Assembly (NCBI GenBank): GCA_027484575.1
Contig: JAIXSQ010000018.1
Location: forward strand, 98,700 to 162,699
Direction of reading: 5' to 3'
DNA length: 64,000 bases
From: Comamonadaceae bacterium
Lineage (GTDB): Bacteria; Pseudomonadota; Gammaproteobacteria; Burkholderiales; Burkholderiaceae_C
Below the pieces are notes generated by a model. The model had not been told where the DNA came from. It did no database searches and saw only the letters and a program-made list of their open reading frames with translations. Position 1 is the first letter of the stretch; every line of letters begins with the position of its first letter. The position numbers and the translations under genes were made by a program. Below, one piece after another: positions 53,673 to 63,074 of this stretch.

Positions 53673-54827
53673 ATGTCCGCCGTCTTCGACAAGCCGCCCC
53701 TGTGGAAGCGCGCCGCGCCCCTGCTGCGGGGCTACGACGGCCCGCTGGCCTTCGCCGTGTTCCTGCTCGCCTGTGCTGGCCTGCTGGCCATGTACTCGTC
53801 GGGCTTCGACCACGGCACCCGCTTCGTCGACCACGGCCGCAACATGCTGATCGCCGGCACCATCATGTTCGTGGTCGCCCAGATTCCGCCGCAGCGCCTG
53901 ATGAGCCTGGCCGTGCCGCTCTACACCCTGGGCGTGGCGCTGCTGATCGCGGTGGCCCTGTTCGGCATCGCCAAGAAGGGCGCGCGGCGCTGGGTGAACA
54001 TCGGCGTGGTGATCCAGCCCAGCGAGATCATGAAGATCGCCATGCCGCTGATGCTGGCCTGGTGGTTCCAGCGCCGCGAGGGCCAGCTGCGGCCGCTCGA
54101 CTACGTGGTGGCCGGCGTGCTGCTGGCCGTGCCGGTCGGCCTGATCATGAAGCAGCCCGACCTGGGCACCTCGCTGCTGGTGATGGCCGCCGGCCTGTCG
54201 GTGATCTTCTTCGCCGGCCTGTCCTGGAAGCTCATCATCCCGCCCGTGGTCGTGGGCCTCGTGGGCATCCTGCTGCTGGTGGTGTTCGAGTCGCAGCTGT
54301 GCGCGCCGGGCGTGAACTGGCCCGGGCTGCACGACTACCAGCAGCAGCGCGTGTGCACCTTGCTGGACCCCACCAAGGACCCGCTGGGCAAGGGCTTCCA
54401 CATCATCCAGGGGATGATCGCCATCGGCTCGGGCGGCCTGTTCGGCAAGGGTTTCATGCAAGGCACGCAGACGCACCTGGAGTTCATCCCCGAGCGCACC
54501 ACCGACTTCATCTTCGCCGCCTACTCCGAGGAGTTCGGGCTGATGGGCAACCTGTTCCTGATCGCCGGCTTCACCTTCCTGATCCTGCGCGGCATGGCCA
54601 TCGCGCTGGAGGCGTCGTCGCTGTTCGCGCGGCTGATGGCCGGGGCGGTGACGATGATCTTCTTCACCTATGCCTTCGTGAACATGGGCATGGTCAGCGG
54701 CATCCTGCCCGTGGTGGGCGTGCCGCTGCCCTTCATCAGCTACGGCGGCACCGCCATGGTCACGCTGGGGCTCGGCCTGGGCATCCTGATGTCCATCGCC
54801 AAGGCCAAGCGGCTGGTGCAGACGTGA
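53673..54827 (+). CDS. rodA: rod-shape-determining peptidoglycan glycosyltransferase RodA (SEDS family)
   Basis: ORF 53661..54827(+). The start is probably the ATG at 53673 (MSAVFDKPPLWKR). SEDS motifs: QPSEIMKIAMPL, FIPERTTDFIFA, PLPFISYGGTAM. Confidence 0.92.
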   Translation: MSAVFDKPPLWKRAAPLLRGYDGPLAFAVFLLACAGLLAMYSSGFDHGTRFVDHGRNMLIAGTIMFVVAQIPPQRLMSLAVPLYTLGVALLIAVALFGIAKKGARRWVNIGVVIQPSEIMKIAMPLMLAWWFQRREGQLRPLDYVVAGVLLAVPVGLIMKQPDLGTSLLVMAAGLSVIFFAGLSWKLIIPPVVVGLVGILLLVVFESQLCAPGVNWPGLHDYQQQRVCTLLDPTKDPLGKGFHIIQGMIAIGSGGLFGKGFMQGTQTHLEFIPERTTDFIFAAYSEEFGLMGNLFLIAGFTFLILRGMAIALEASSLFARLMAGAVTMIFFTYAFVNMGMVSGILPVVGVPLPFISYGGTAMVTLGLGLGILMSIAKAKRLVQT

Positions 54828-55699
54828 GCGGGACCGTCGCGGTCGTCGGCGCCGGCAACATGGGCGGGGCGATGGCGCGGCGGCTGCTGGGCCTGGGCTG
54901 GACCGTGCGGGTGCGCGACGTCGACCTGCCGACCGCGCAGGCGCTGGGCGCGTCGGGCGCCGTGGTCTGCGCCAGCCCGGCCGAGGCAGCCCGCGGCGCT
55001 GGGGCTCTCGTGGTGGCGGTGGTCGACGCGGCGCAGGTGCGCGAGGTGCTGTTCGGCGCCGCCGGCGCAGCCACCGCGCTGCCCGCCGGGGCGCCGGTGC
55101 TGCTGTGCCCGACCATCGGTCCCGGCGACTGCGAATCGATCGCTGTCGCGCTGGCCGAGGCCGGCCTGCAGCCGGTCGATGCGCCCATGTCGGGCGGCCC
55201 GCAGCGGGCGCTCGACGGCAGCATGAGCCTGATGGTCGCCTGTCCCGACCGGGCCTGGGACAACGCGTTGCCGCTGCTGCAGGCCCTGAGCGACCGGCTC
55301 GTGCGCGTGGGCACGCGCTGGGGTGACGGCGCGCGGACCAAGCTGGTCAACAACCTGCTCGCCGGCATCAACCTGGTGGGTGCGGCCGAGGCGCTGGCCC
55401 TGGCGCGCCGGCTGGGCCTGGACGGCGCCCGCACGCTCGAGGTGATCGCGCAGTCCAGCGGCCAGAGCTGGATCGGCAGCGACCGCCTGCCGCGCGCGCT
55501 CGCCGGCGACCTGGCGCCCCGTGCCCACCTGTCGCTGCTGCGCAAGGACACCGGCCTGGCGATCGAGGCCGCCGAGGCCGCGGGCTTCCGCGGCCCGCTG
55601 GGTGCGGCCGCCCGCGACGTGTTCGCCCAGGCCGCCGATGCGGGCCTGGCCGGGCTCGACGACGCCGTGCTGCTGCGCTGGATCGAGCAGGGCGGCTGA
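54824..55699 (+). CDS. NAD(P)-dependent beta-hydroxyacid dehydrogenase family oxidoreductase
   Basis: In-frame part of ORF 52136..55699(+), starting at GTG 54824 (GTGA overlap with the rodA stop). The Rossmann motif is VAVVGAGNMGGAMARRL. DAPMSGG and TKLVNNLL are also present. Confidence 0.85.
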   Translation: MSGTVAVVGAGNMGGAMARRLLGLGWTVRVRDVDLPTAQALGASGAVVCASPAEAARGAGALVVAVVDAAQVREVLFGAAGAATALPAGAPVLLCPTIGPGDCESIAVALAEAGLQPVDAPMSGGPQRALDGSMSLMVACPDRAWDNALPLLQALSDRLVRVGTRWGDGARTKLVNNLLAGINLVGAAEALALARRLGLDGARTLEVIAQSSGQSWIGSDRLPRALAGDLAPRAHLSLLRKDTGLAIEAAEAAGFRGPLGAAARDVFAQAADAGLAGLDDAVLLRWIEQGG

Positions 55700-55761
55700 G
55701 CCGCGCGGGGCAGGCAGCCCCTGCGCCCCGCCGGCCTTCGGGGCGCACCTAGAATCGCCCG

Positions 55762-57222
55762 ATGATCTCCCGCGAACCCACCCTCGAGCGCCTCGCCACG
55801 GCGCAGCGCCTGCTGCTCGAACCGTTCGGCCTCGACGAATCGCACCTGTCGCGCGCCCTGGCCGAGATCCGTGCGCACAAGGTCGACGACGCCGACCTCT
55901 ACTTCCAGTACACGCGCAGCGAGGGCTGGAGCCTGGAGGAGGGGATCGTCAAGACCGGCAGCTTCAGCATCGACCAGGGCGTGGGCGTGCGCGCGGTCAG
56001 CGGCGAGAAGACCGCCTTCGCGTATTCCGACGACATCTCCGAGGCCTCGCTGCTCGATGCGGCGCGCACCGTGCGTGCCATCGCCGGTGCCAACCAGTCG
56101 GGCCGCACGCGCGTGTCGCCCAAGAAGGTCGCGGGCAGCCGCTCGCTCTACCCGGACCTCGATCCCATCGGGACGCTCGACAGCACCGCCAAGGTGGCAC
56201 TGCTCGGCCAGGTCGAGCAGGCCGCGCGCGCCAAGGACCCGCGCATCGTGCAGGTGATGGCCGGGCTGGCCAGCGAGTGGGACGTGGTCATGGTCGCGCG
56301 CGCCGACGGCACGCTGGCCGCGGACGTTCGGCCGCTGGTGCGGCTGTCGGTCACCGTGATCGCCGAGCAGAACGGCCGGCGCGAGATGGGCTCGGCCGGC
56401 GGCGGCGGGCGCTTCGGCCTGGCGTACTTCGACAGCCACCACATCCAGTCGTATGTCGACGATGCGGTGCGCTCGGCGCTGACCAACCTCGAATCGCGCC
56501 CGGCGCCCGCCGGCGAGATGACCGTGGTGCTGGGCCCGGGCTGGCCCGGCATCCTGCTGCACGAGGCGGTGGGCCATGGCCTGGAGGGCGACTTCAACCG
56601 CAAGGGCTCCAGCGCGTTCTCCGGCCGCATCGGCCAGCGCGTGGCGGCCAAGGGCGTGACCGTGCTCGACGACGGCACCATCGCCGACCGCCGCGGCTCG
56701 CTGAACGTCGACGACGAGGGCAACGCCAGCCAGCGCAACGTGCTGATCGAGGACGGCATCCTGCGCGGCTACATCCAGGACGCGCTCAACGCGCGGCTGA
56801 TGGGCGTCAAGCCCACCGGCAACGGCCGGCGCGAGAGCTACGCGCACGTGCCCATGCCGCGCATGACCAACACCTACATGCTCGGTGGCGACAAGAGCCC
56901 CGACGAGATCGTGGCCAGCATCAGGAAGGGCCTGTACGCGACCAACTTCGGCGGCGGCCAGGTCGACATCACCTCGGGCAAGTTCGTGTTCTCGGCCAGC
57001 GAGGCCTACTGGGTCGAGAACGGCAAGATCCAGTACCCGGTCAAGGGCGCGACCATCGTGGGCAACGGCCCCGACGCGCTGACCCGCGTGAGCATGATCG
57101 GCGACGACATGAAGCTCGACACCGGCGTGGGCACCTGCGGCAAGGAAGGCCAGAGCGTGCCGGTCGGCGTGGGCCAGCCCACCCTGCGCATCGACGGCCT
57201 GACCGTCGGCGGCACGGCTTGA
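55762..57222 (+). CDS. tldD: metalloprotease TldD
   Basis: ORF 55762..57222(+), 486 aa. It has HEAVGHGLEGD and the C-terminal GTCGKEGQSVPVGVGQPTLRI. Confidence 0.95.
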   Translation: MISREPTLERLATAQRLLLEPFGLDESHLSRALAEIRAHKVDDADLYFQYTRSEGWSLEEGIVKTGSFSIDQGVGVRAVSGEKTAFAYSDDISEASLLDAARTVRAIAGANQSGRTRVSPKKVAGSRSLYPDLDPIGTLDSTAKVALLGQVEQAARAKDPRIVQVMAGLASEWDVVMVARADGTLAADVRPLVRLSVTVIAEQNGRREMGSAGGGGRFGLAYFDSHHIQSYVDDAVRSALTNLESRPAPAGEMTVVLGPGWPGILLHEAVGHGLEGDFNRKGSSAFSGRIGQRVAAKGVTVLDDGTIADRRGSLNVDDEGNASQRNVLIEDGILRGYIQDALNARLMGVKPTGNGRRESYAHVPMPRMTNTYMLGGDKSPDEIVASIRKGLYATNFGGGQVDITSGKFVFSASEAYWVENGKIQYPVKGATIVGNGPDALTRVSMIGDDMKLDTGVGTCGKEGQSVPVGVGQPTLRIDGLTVGGTA

Positions 57223-57257
57223 CGGCACGCCAAACCCCTGTGGTAGAGTCTTTCGTC

Positions 57258-57338
57258 ATGCGCAAGCAGTCCGTCTTCTTCTTTGGCTACTTTTGGTTCT
57301 CCGGCCCGTCGGCGGTCGAGAGCCCGGAGCGCACCTAG
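57258..57338 (+). CDS. aromatic-amino-acid-rich leader peptide (26 aa)
   Basis: ATG 57258 to TAG 57338 encodes MRKQSVFFFGYFWFSGPSAVESPERT. Seven of eight consecutive codons (57276-57299) are Phe, Tyr or Trp. It is followed by an intrinsic terminator and then the DAHP synthase gene. Confidence 0.6.
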   Translation: MRKQSVFFFGYFWFSGPSAVESPERT

Positions 57339-57363
57339 ACAAGACGCACCAGGACACTCGAAG

Positions 57364-57394
57364 AAACCGCCGGCTCCCACCGGCGGTTTTTTTT
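57364..57394 (+). terminator. intrinsic terminator / attenuator between the leader peptide and aroG
   Basis: AAACCGCCGG-CTCCCA-CCGGCGGTTT hairpin running into eight T, 44 nt upstream of the aroG ATG. Confidence 0.7.
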
Positions 57395-57437
57395 CGCCCC
57401 TGCCACCCCCAGACCCCATCCCGTTCAGGAGCCCACG

Positions 57438-58553
<1,116 letters not shown>

Positions 58554-58580
58554 GGGCGCTCCGATCCGTGCACCCACCGA

Positions 58581-58609
58581 TTTACAGTCAGTAACGTTCT
58601 GGCTACATT
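58581..58609 (+). promoter_or_regulatory. candidate sigma-70 promoter in a local AT-rich island
   Basis: TTTACA (58581-58586), a 17-nt spacer, then TACATT (58604-58609). This is the only clearly AT-rich stretch in this part of the window. Confidence 0.4.
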
Positions 58610-58645
58610 TTGTTGCTTAACGCGGCCGTCGCCGCGGTGAGCAAC

Positions 58646-59680
58646 ATGCCCTCCGAATCTCCCCAATTGCGCGTCGGCCTGGCCGGCTTCAGCCTGGAGC
58701 AGCAGGACCAGGTGCGCCGGCTGCTGGCCGACGCCGGGGCGGCGGGGCCCGCGACCTGGACGGCCGGCGAACTGGCCGGCTGCGACGTGCTCTTCATCAA
58801 CGGCGCCCGCACCCAGTCGCTCGGCGGCGACGTGGTGCGCATCGCCTCGGGCGTGCCGGGCGGCCGGTCCGTGCAGATCGCGCTGGCCGAGCTCGACCGC
58901 CCCGTCGCCGTGGCCCGTCCGTTCCCCAGCCGGGGCGTGGGCTCCTCGTACCTCTTCGATCTCGCCGATCCGTCCAGCCTGCACGCCGTGCTCGACCAGC
59001 TGCTGGAGGGCCTGCAGCCCGTGCTGGCACGGCATGTCCTGGCCAGCCAGGTGCTCGAACAGGACACCACGGCCGGGTCGGGCGTCTGGCACGTCACCGA
59101 CGGCTCCACGGTGCTGGCGGTGGTCGACCTGCGCGGCGACGTCGCGCTCGCGCCCCAGGCGGGCGCGCCCGAGCTGGGCGAGGCGGTGTGGATCGAGCGG
59201 CCGCGCGCGGCACTGGACTTCCCGCCGTCGTACGACCGGCGCTCGCTGTCGCTGCTGATGTGGGATTACGCCCTGCGCACCCGCCGCGACGTGCTGCCCC
59301 CGCGCTACCGCAGCGGGCTGCTGTTCTTCCGCCGTCCGCCGCGGCTGCCGCACCGGCTGCTGCAGGACGGCCACCTGCTGCTGATGCGCGAGCTCACCCA
59401 CGCACCGGCCAGCTTCGATCAGCTGGGCCAGCGCACCGGGCTGCCGGCCGAGGCGCTGGCACGCGACCTGGGGGCGCTCTACCTGGTGGGCGCCATCACG
59501 GGCAATCCCAAGCGGGCGGCCCAGCATGCCTTGCCCCGGCGGCCGGGGCGCGACAGCGGTGCCGGCGCACTGGCCAGCGTGGTCCCGTCCGACCTGCACC
59601 TGGGGCCCGGCCGCCTGCCGCCCGAGCCGCGGCGGCCCGAGCCGCTGGACTACACGGTCCCTGCCCGGCTGGAGGTCTGA
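58646..59680 (+). CDS. hypothetical protein (344 aa), no recognisable domain
   Basis: ORF 58610..59680(+). The start is probably the ATG at 58646 (MPSESPQLRVGLAGFSLEQQDQVRRLL). Codon usage and third-position GC are consistent with coding. Confidence 0.6.
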   Translation: MPSESPQLRVGLAGFSLEQQDQVRRLLADAGAAGPATWTAGELAGCDVLFINGARTQSLGGDVVRIASGVPGGRSVQIALAELDRPVAVARPFPSRGVGSSYLFDLADPSSLHAVLDQLLEGLQPVLARHVLASQVLEQDTTAGSGVWHVTDGSTVLAVVDLRGDVALAPQAGAPELGEAVWIERPRAALDFPPSYDRRSLSLLMWDYALRTRRDVLPPRYRSGLLFFRRPPRLPHRLLQDGHLLLMRELTHAPASFDQLGQRTGLPAEALARDLGALYLVGAITGNPKRAAQHALPRRPGRDSGAGALASVVPSDLHLGPGRLPPEPRRPEPLDYTVPARLEV

Positions 59681-59707
59681 GCGCCGGGGCATCCGCCCCG
59701 GGCACGC

Positions 59708-61090
59708 TCAGGCAGCCGGCGCGGCCAAGGCCTGCAGCAGCAGGCCGTGCACCCCGCCGAAGCCGCCGTTGCTCATGCACACGACGTGGTCGCCGGGTCG
59801 CGCCGCGGCTCGCACCTGCCGCACCAGCGCCTGGATGTCGTCCGCCACCTGGGCCCTGGCGCCCATGGGCGCGAGCGCGCCGCGGGCATCCCAGCCCAGG
59901 CCACCGGCGTGGCAGAAGGCCAGGTCCGCGGGCTCCAGGCTCCAGGGCAGCTGCGCCTTCATCGCGCCCAGCTTCATCGTGTTGCTGCGCGGCTCGAAGA
60001 CCGCCAGGATGCGTCCCCCCTGCGCGCCCAGCTGGCGGCGCAAGCCATCCAGCGTGGTGCGGATGGCCGTGGGGTGGTGCGCGAAATCGTCGTAGACCCG
60101 CACGCCGCCGGCCGTCCCGCGCAGTTCCATGCGCCGGCGCACGTTGCGGAACCCGGCCAGGGCCTCGGCGGCCTGCGCCACCGGCACGCCCAGGTGGTCG
60201 GCCGCGGCGATGGCCGCCAGCGCATTGAGCTGGTTGTGCACGCCGCCCAGCTCCCACTGCACGCGGCCGGCCAGCTGCCCGGCCACGCGCACGTCGAACG
60301 CGCCGGGTTCGCCTTCGGCGACGAAGTCGCTCACCGCGGCGCCGAAGCTGCGCACCTCGCTCCAGCAGCCCTGGTGCAGCACCCGCGCCAGGCTCTCCTC
60401 GAGGCCGTTGGCCACCACCCGGCCCGTGCCCGGCACGGTGCGCACCAGGTGGTGGAACTGGCGCTCGATGGCCGCGAGGTCGTCGAAGATGTCCGCGTGG
60501 TCGAACTCGAGGTTGTTCAGCACCGCGGTGCGTGGCCGGTAGTGCACGAACTTGCTGCGCTTGTCGAAGAAGGCGGTGTCGTACTCGTCGGCCTCGATCA
60601 CGAAGGCCGGGCCGGCGCCCAGCCGCGCCGACACGCCGAAGTTCATCGGCACGCCGCCCACCAGGAAGCCCGGTTGGCGCCCCGCCTGCTCGAGGATCCA
60701 GGCCAGCATGGAGGTGGTGGTGGTCTTGCCGTGGGTGCCGGCCACCGCCAGCACGTGCCGGCCCTGCAGCACGTGCTCGGCCAGCCACTGCGGGCCGCTG
60801 GTGTAGCGCGCCCCGGCTTCCAGGATCGCCTCCATCAGCGGGAACTTGGGGCTGCCGTCCGGCAGCCGGGCCCGCGAGACCACGTTGCCAACCACCCAGA
60901 CGTCGGGCCGGATCGCCATCTGGTCGGCGCCGAAGCCCTCGACCAGCTCGATGCCCAGCGCGCGCAGCTGGTCGCTCATCGGGGGGTACACGCCGGCGTC
61001 GCAGCCGGTGACGACGTGCCCGGCTTCGCGGGCCAGGGCTGCGAGGCCACCCATGAAGGTGCCGCAGATGCCCAGGATGTGGATGTGCAT
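59708..61090 (-). CDS. mpl: UDP-N-acetylmuramate:L-alanyl-gamma-D-glutamyl-meso-diaminopimelate ligase
   Basis: ORF 59708..61090(-), 460 aa. MHIHILGICGTFMGGLAALA and VAGTHGKTTTTSM are present, and the Mur ligase domains run throughout. Confidence 0.93.
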   Translation of the reverse strand: MHIHILGICGTFMGGLAALAREAGHVVTGCDAGVYPPMSDQLRALGIELVEGFGADQMAIRPDVWVVGNVVSRARLPDGSPKFPLMEAILEAGARYTSGPQWLAEHVLQGRHVLAVAGTHGKTTTTSMLAWILEQAGRQPGFLVGGVPMNFGVSARLGAGPAFVIEADEYDTAFFDKRSKFVHYRPRTAVLNNLEFDHADIFDDLAAIERQFHHLVRTVPGTGRVVANGLEESLARVLHQGCWSEVRSFGAAVSDFVAEGEPGAFDVRVAGQLAGRVQWELGGVHNQLNALAAIAAADHLGVPVAQAAEALAGFRNVRRRMELRGTAGGVRVYDDFAHHPTAIRTTLDGLRRQLGAQGGRILAVFEPRSNTMKLGAMKAQLPWSLEPADLAFCHAGGLGWDARGALAPMGARAQVADDIQALVRQVRAAARPGDHVVCMSNGGFGGVHGLLLQALAAPAA

Positions 61091-61196
61091 GGGCCCGGAT
61101 TATCCCGGCGCGGCCGCATGCAACAGTTGATGGCACAGCCAGCCTTGGCGTGCCGCGTGCCTAGCATGGGACGCTTTCCACGGAAGGATCCTCCCC

Positions 61197-61352
61197 ATGA
61201 GCAAGCGCAGCAACGCCAAGGACAACAGCAAGCGGCAGCAGCCGGTGCAGCAGCAGCGCGCGGAAGCGGCACGCCAAGCCCTGGCCCAGGCCAAGGGCAG
61301 CGGGCGCCGCGGCGAGCCCGCCCAGGACCGCTCGCCGGACAAGGCGCGCTGA
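61197..61352 (+). CDS. small basic hydrophilic hypothetical protein (51 aa)
   Basis: Below the ORF-track size cutoff. ATG 61197 follows GGAAGGA and encodes MSKRSNAKDNSKRQQPVQQQRAEAARQALAQAKGSGRRGEPAQDRSPDKAR. The call is weak. Confidence 0.3.
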   Translation: MSKRSNAKDNSKRQQPVQQQRAEAARQALAQAKGSGRRGEPAQDRSPDKAR

Positions 61353-61376
61353 GCCGCGGGCGGCCGGTGCCGGCGC

Positions 61377-63005
61377 TCAGGCCGGGAAGCGTTCGCGCAG
61401 CCGCAGCTTCCAGAACTTGCCGGTCGACGTGCGCGGCACCGCCTCGATCACCTCGTAGCGGTCGGGCAGCTGCCAGCGCGCGAAGCCCTGCTGGAGCAGC
61501 TGCGCGTCCAGCTCGGCGGGCGTCGCCGCGCGCCCGGGCTTGAACACCACGCAGGCCAGCGGCCGCTCGCCCCACTTGGCATCGGGGATGGCGATCACCG
61601 CCGCCTCGGCCACGGCCGGGTGCGCCATGACGGCGTTCTCCAGGTCCACCGAGCTGATCCACTCGCCGCCGGACTTGATCAGGTCCTTGGTGCGGTCGGT
61701 GATGCGCACGAAGCCCAAGCCGTCGACGCTGGCGACGTCGCCGGTGCGCAGCCAGCCGTCGGGCGTGAACTTCTCCGGCTCGGCCGGCACGGCGTGGTAG
61801 CTGCCGGTGATGAACGGGCCGCGCACCTGGATCTCGCCGACGCTGGCGCCGTCCCAGGGCTGGTCGCCGTCGTCGCCGCGCACCCGCAGGTCCACCAGCG
61901 GCACGGGGACGCCGGCCATCGCGGCGCGTCGGTAGCGCTCGTCCATGCCGGCGTCGCGCAGTTCGGCGCGCGGGTAGGAGATGGTGCAGACGGGCGAGGT
62001 CTCGGTCATGCCCCAGCCCTGCAGGATCCACACGCCATGGCGGTCGAAGGCGCGGATGAGCGACTCGGGCACGGCGGCCCCGCCCACCAGCGAGCGCATG
62101 CCCTGCGGCAGCCGCCAGCGCCCGGCGTGGGGCGAGCCCGGCTCCAGGCTGGCCTCGTAGGCCTGGATCAGTCCCAGCCAGATCGTCGGCACGCCCAGCG
62201 CGAGGGTGGGGGGCTCCTGCTGCATCAGGTCCAGCAGGTCCTCGGGGTGCAGGTGCGGCCCGGGGAACACGAGCTTGGCCCCCAGCATCACCGCGCCGTA
62301 CGGCATGCCCCAGCTGTTGGCATGGAACATGGGCGTGACCGGCAGCACCACGTCGGCGCCGCGCAGCCCCCAGAAGTCGGCCAGGCTGGCCACCAGCGTG
62401 TGCAGCACGGTCGAGCGGTGCGAGTACACGACGCCCTTGGGCCGGCCCGTGGTGCCGCTCGTGTAGCACATGGCCACGGGGTCGTCCTCGGCATGCGGCG
62501 CATAGGCGAAGCCGTCGGGGTCGGCCGCGGCGAGCAGCGCCTCGTAGTCGTCGCAGTCGGCCGGCACGGGCCCGCCGCCGAAGGGCACGACCAGCACGCG
62601 CTCGAAGCGGTGCAGGTGCGCGAACCGGCGGTACAAGGGCAGCAGGATGTCGTCGACCACCAGGAAGCGGTCCTGGGCGTGGCCGGCGATCCAGCCGATC
62701 TCCTCGGGCGCCAGCCGCAGGTTCAGCGTGTGCATCACGCCGCCCGCGGCCGGGATGCCGAAGTAGCACTCGAGGTGGGCATGGTGGTTCCAGCACAGCG
62801 TCGCCACCCGGTCGCCGCGGCGCAGGCCCAGCGCCTGCAGGGCGCTGCCCAGCGCGCGGGCGCGGCGGTGGAACTGCGCGTAGCTGTGCCGGCGCAGGCT
62901 CTTGTCGGGCAGGCGGCTGACGATCGTGTTGCCGCCGAACAGCCGGCCGGCACGCTCGAGCAGGTGGTTCAGCGACAGGGGCACGTCCATCATCGTGGTG
63001 CGCAT
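61377..63005 (-). CDS. AMP-dependent acyl-CoA synthetase (fatty-acid--CoA ligase)
   Basis: ORF 61377..63566(-), with the start moved to the ATG at 63005 (MRTTMMDVPLSLNHLLERA). The AMP-binding motifs are CYTSGTTGRPKGVVYSHR and GWGMTE. Confidence 0.92.
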   Translation of the reverse strand: MRTTMMDVPLSLNHLLERAGRLFGGNTIVSRLPDKSLRRHSYAQFHRRARALGSALQALGLRRGDRVATLCWNHHAHLECYFGIPAAGGVMHTLNLRLAPEEIGWIAGHAQDRFLVVDDILLPLYRRFAHLHRFERVLVVPFGGGPVPADCDDYEALLAAADPDGFAYAPHAEDDPVAMCYTSGTTGRPKGVVYSHRSTVLHTLVASLADFWGLRGADVVLPVTPMFHANSWGMPYGAVMLGAKLVFPGPHLHPEDLLDLMQQEPPTLALGVPTIWLGLIQAYEASLEPGSPHAGRWRLPQGMRSLVGGAAVPESLIRAFDRHGVWILQGWGMTETSPVCTISYPRAELRDAGMDERYRRAAMAGVPVPLVDLRVRGDDGDQPWDGASVGEIQVRGPFITGSYHAVPAEPEKFTPDGWLRTGDVASVDGLGFVRITDRTKDLIKSGGEWISSVDLENAVMAHPAVAEAAVIAIPDAKWGERPLACVVFKPGRAATPAELDAQLLQQGFARWQLPDRYEVIEAVPRTSTGKFWKLRLRERFPA

Positions 63006-63074
63006 GCGGGTCTCCCGGTGGGTGCGGCCGACTCTAGGCAGCCACGGCCGGGGCCCGCAATGCAGAATCGCCCG

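Noticed and set aside
61166-61543. Alternative ORF starting at ATG 61166 (MGRFPRKDPPHEQAQQRQGQ...) downstream of a TAGCAT hexamer
   Set aside because: This frame is antisense or out of frame to the acyl-CoA synthetase 3' end and is Ala/Gly/Arg/Pro low-complexity. The 51-aa frame from ATG 61197, which has an SD-like GGAAGGA, is the less unlikely small ORF, and it too is low confidence.
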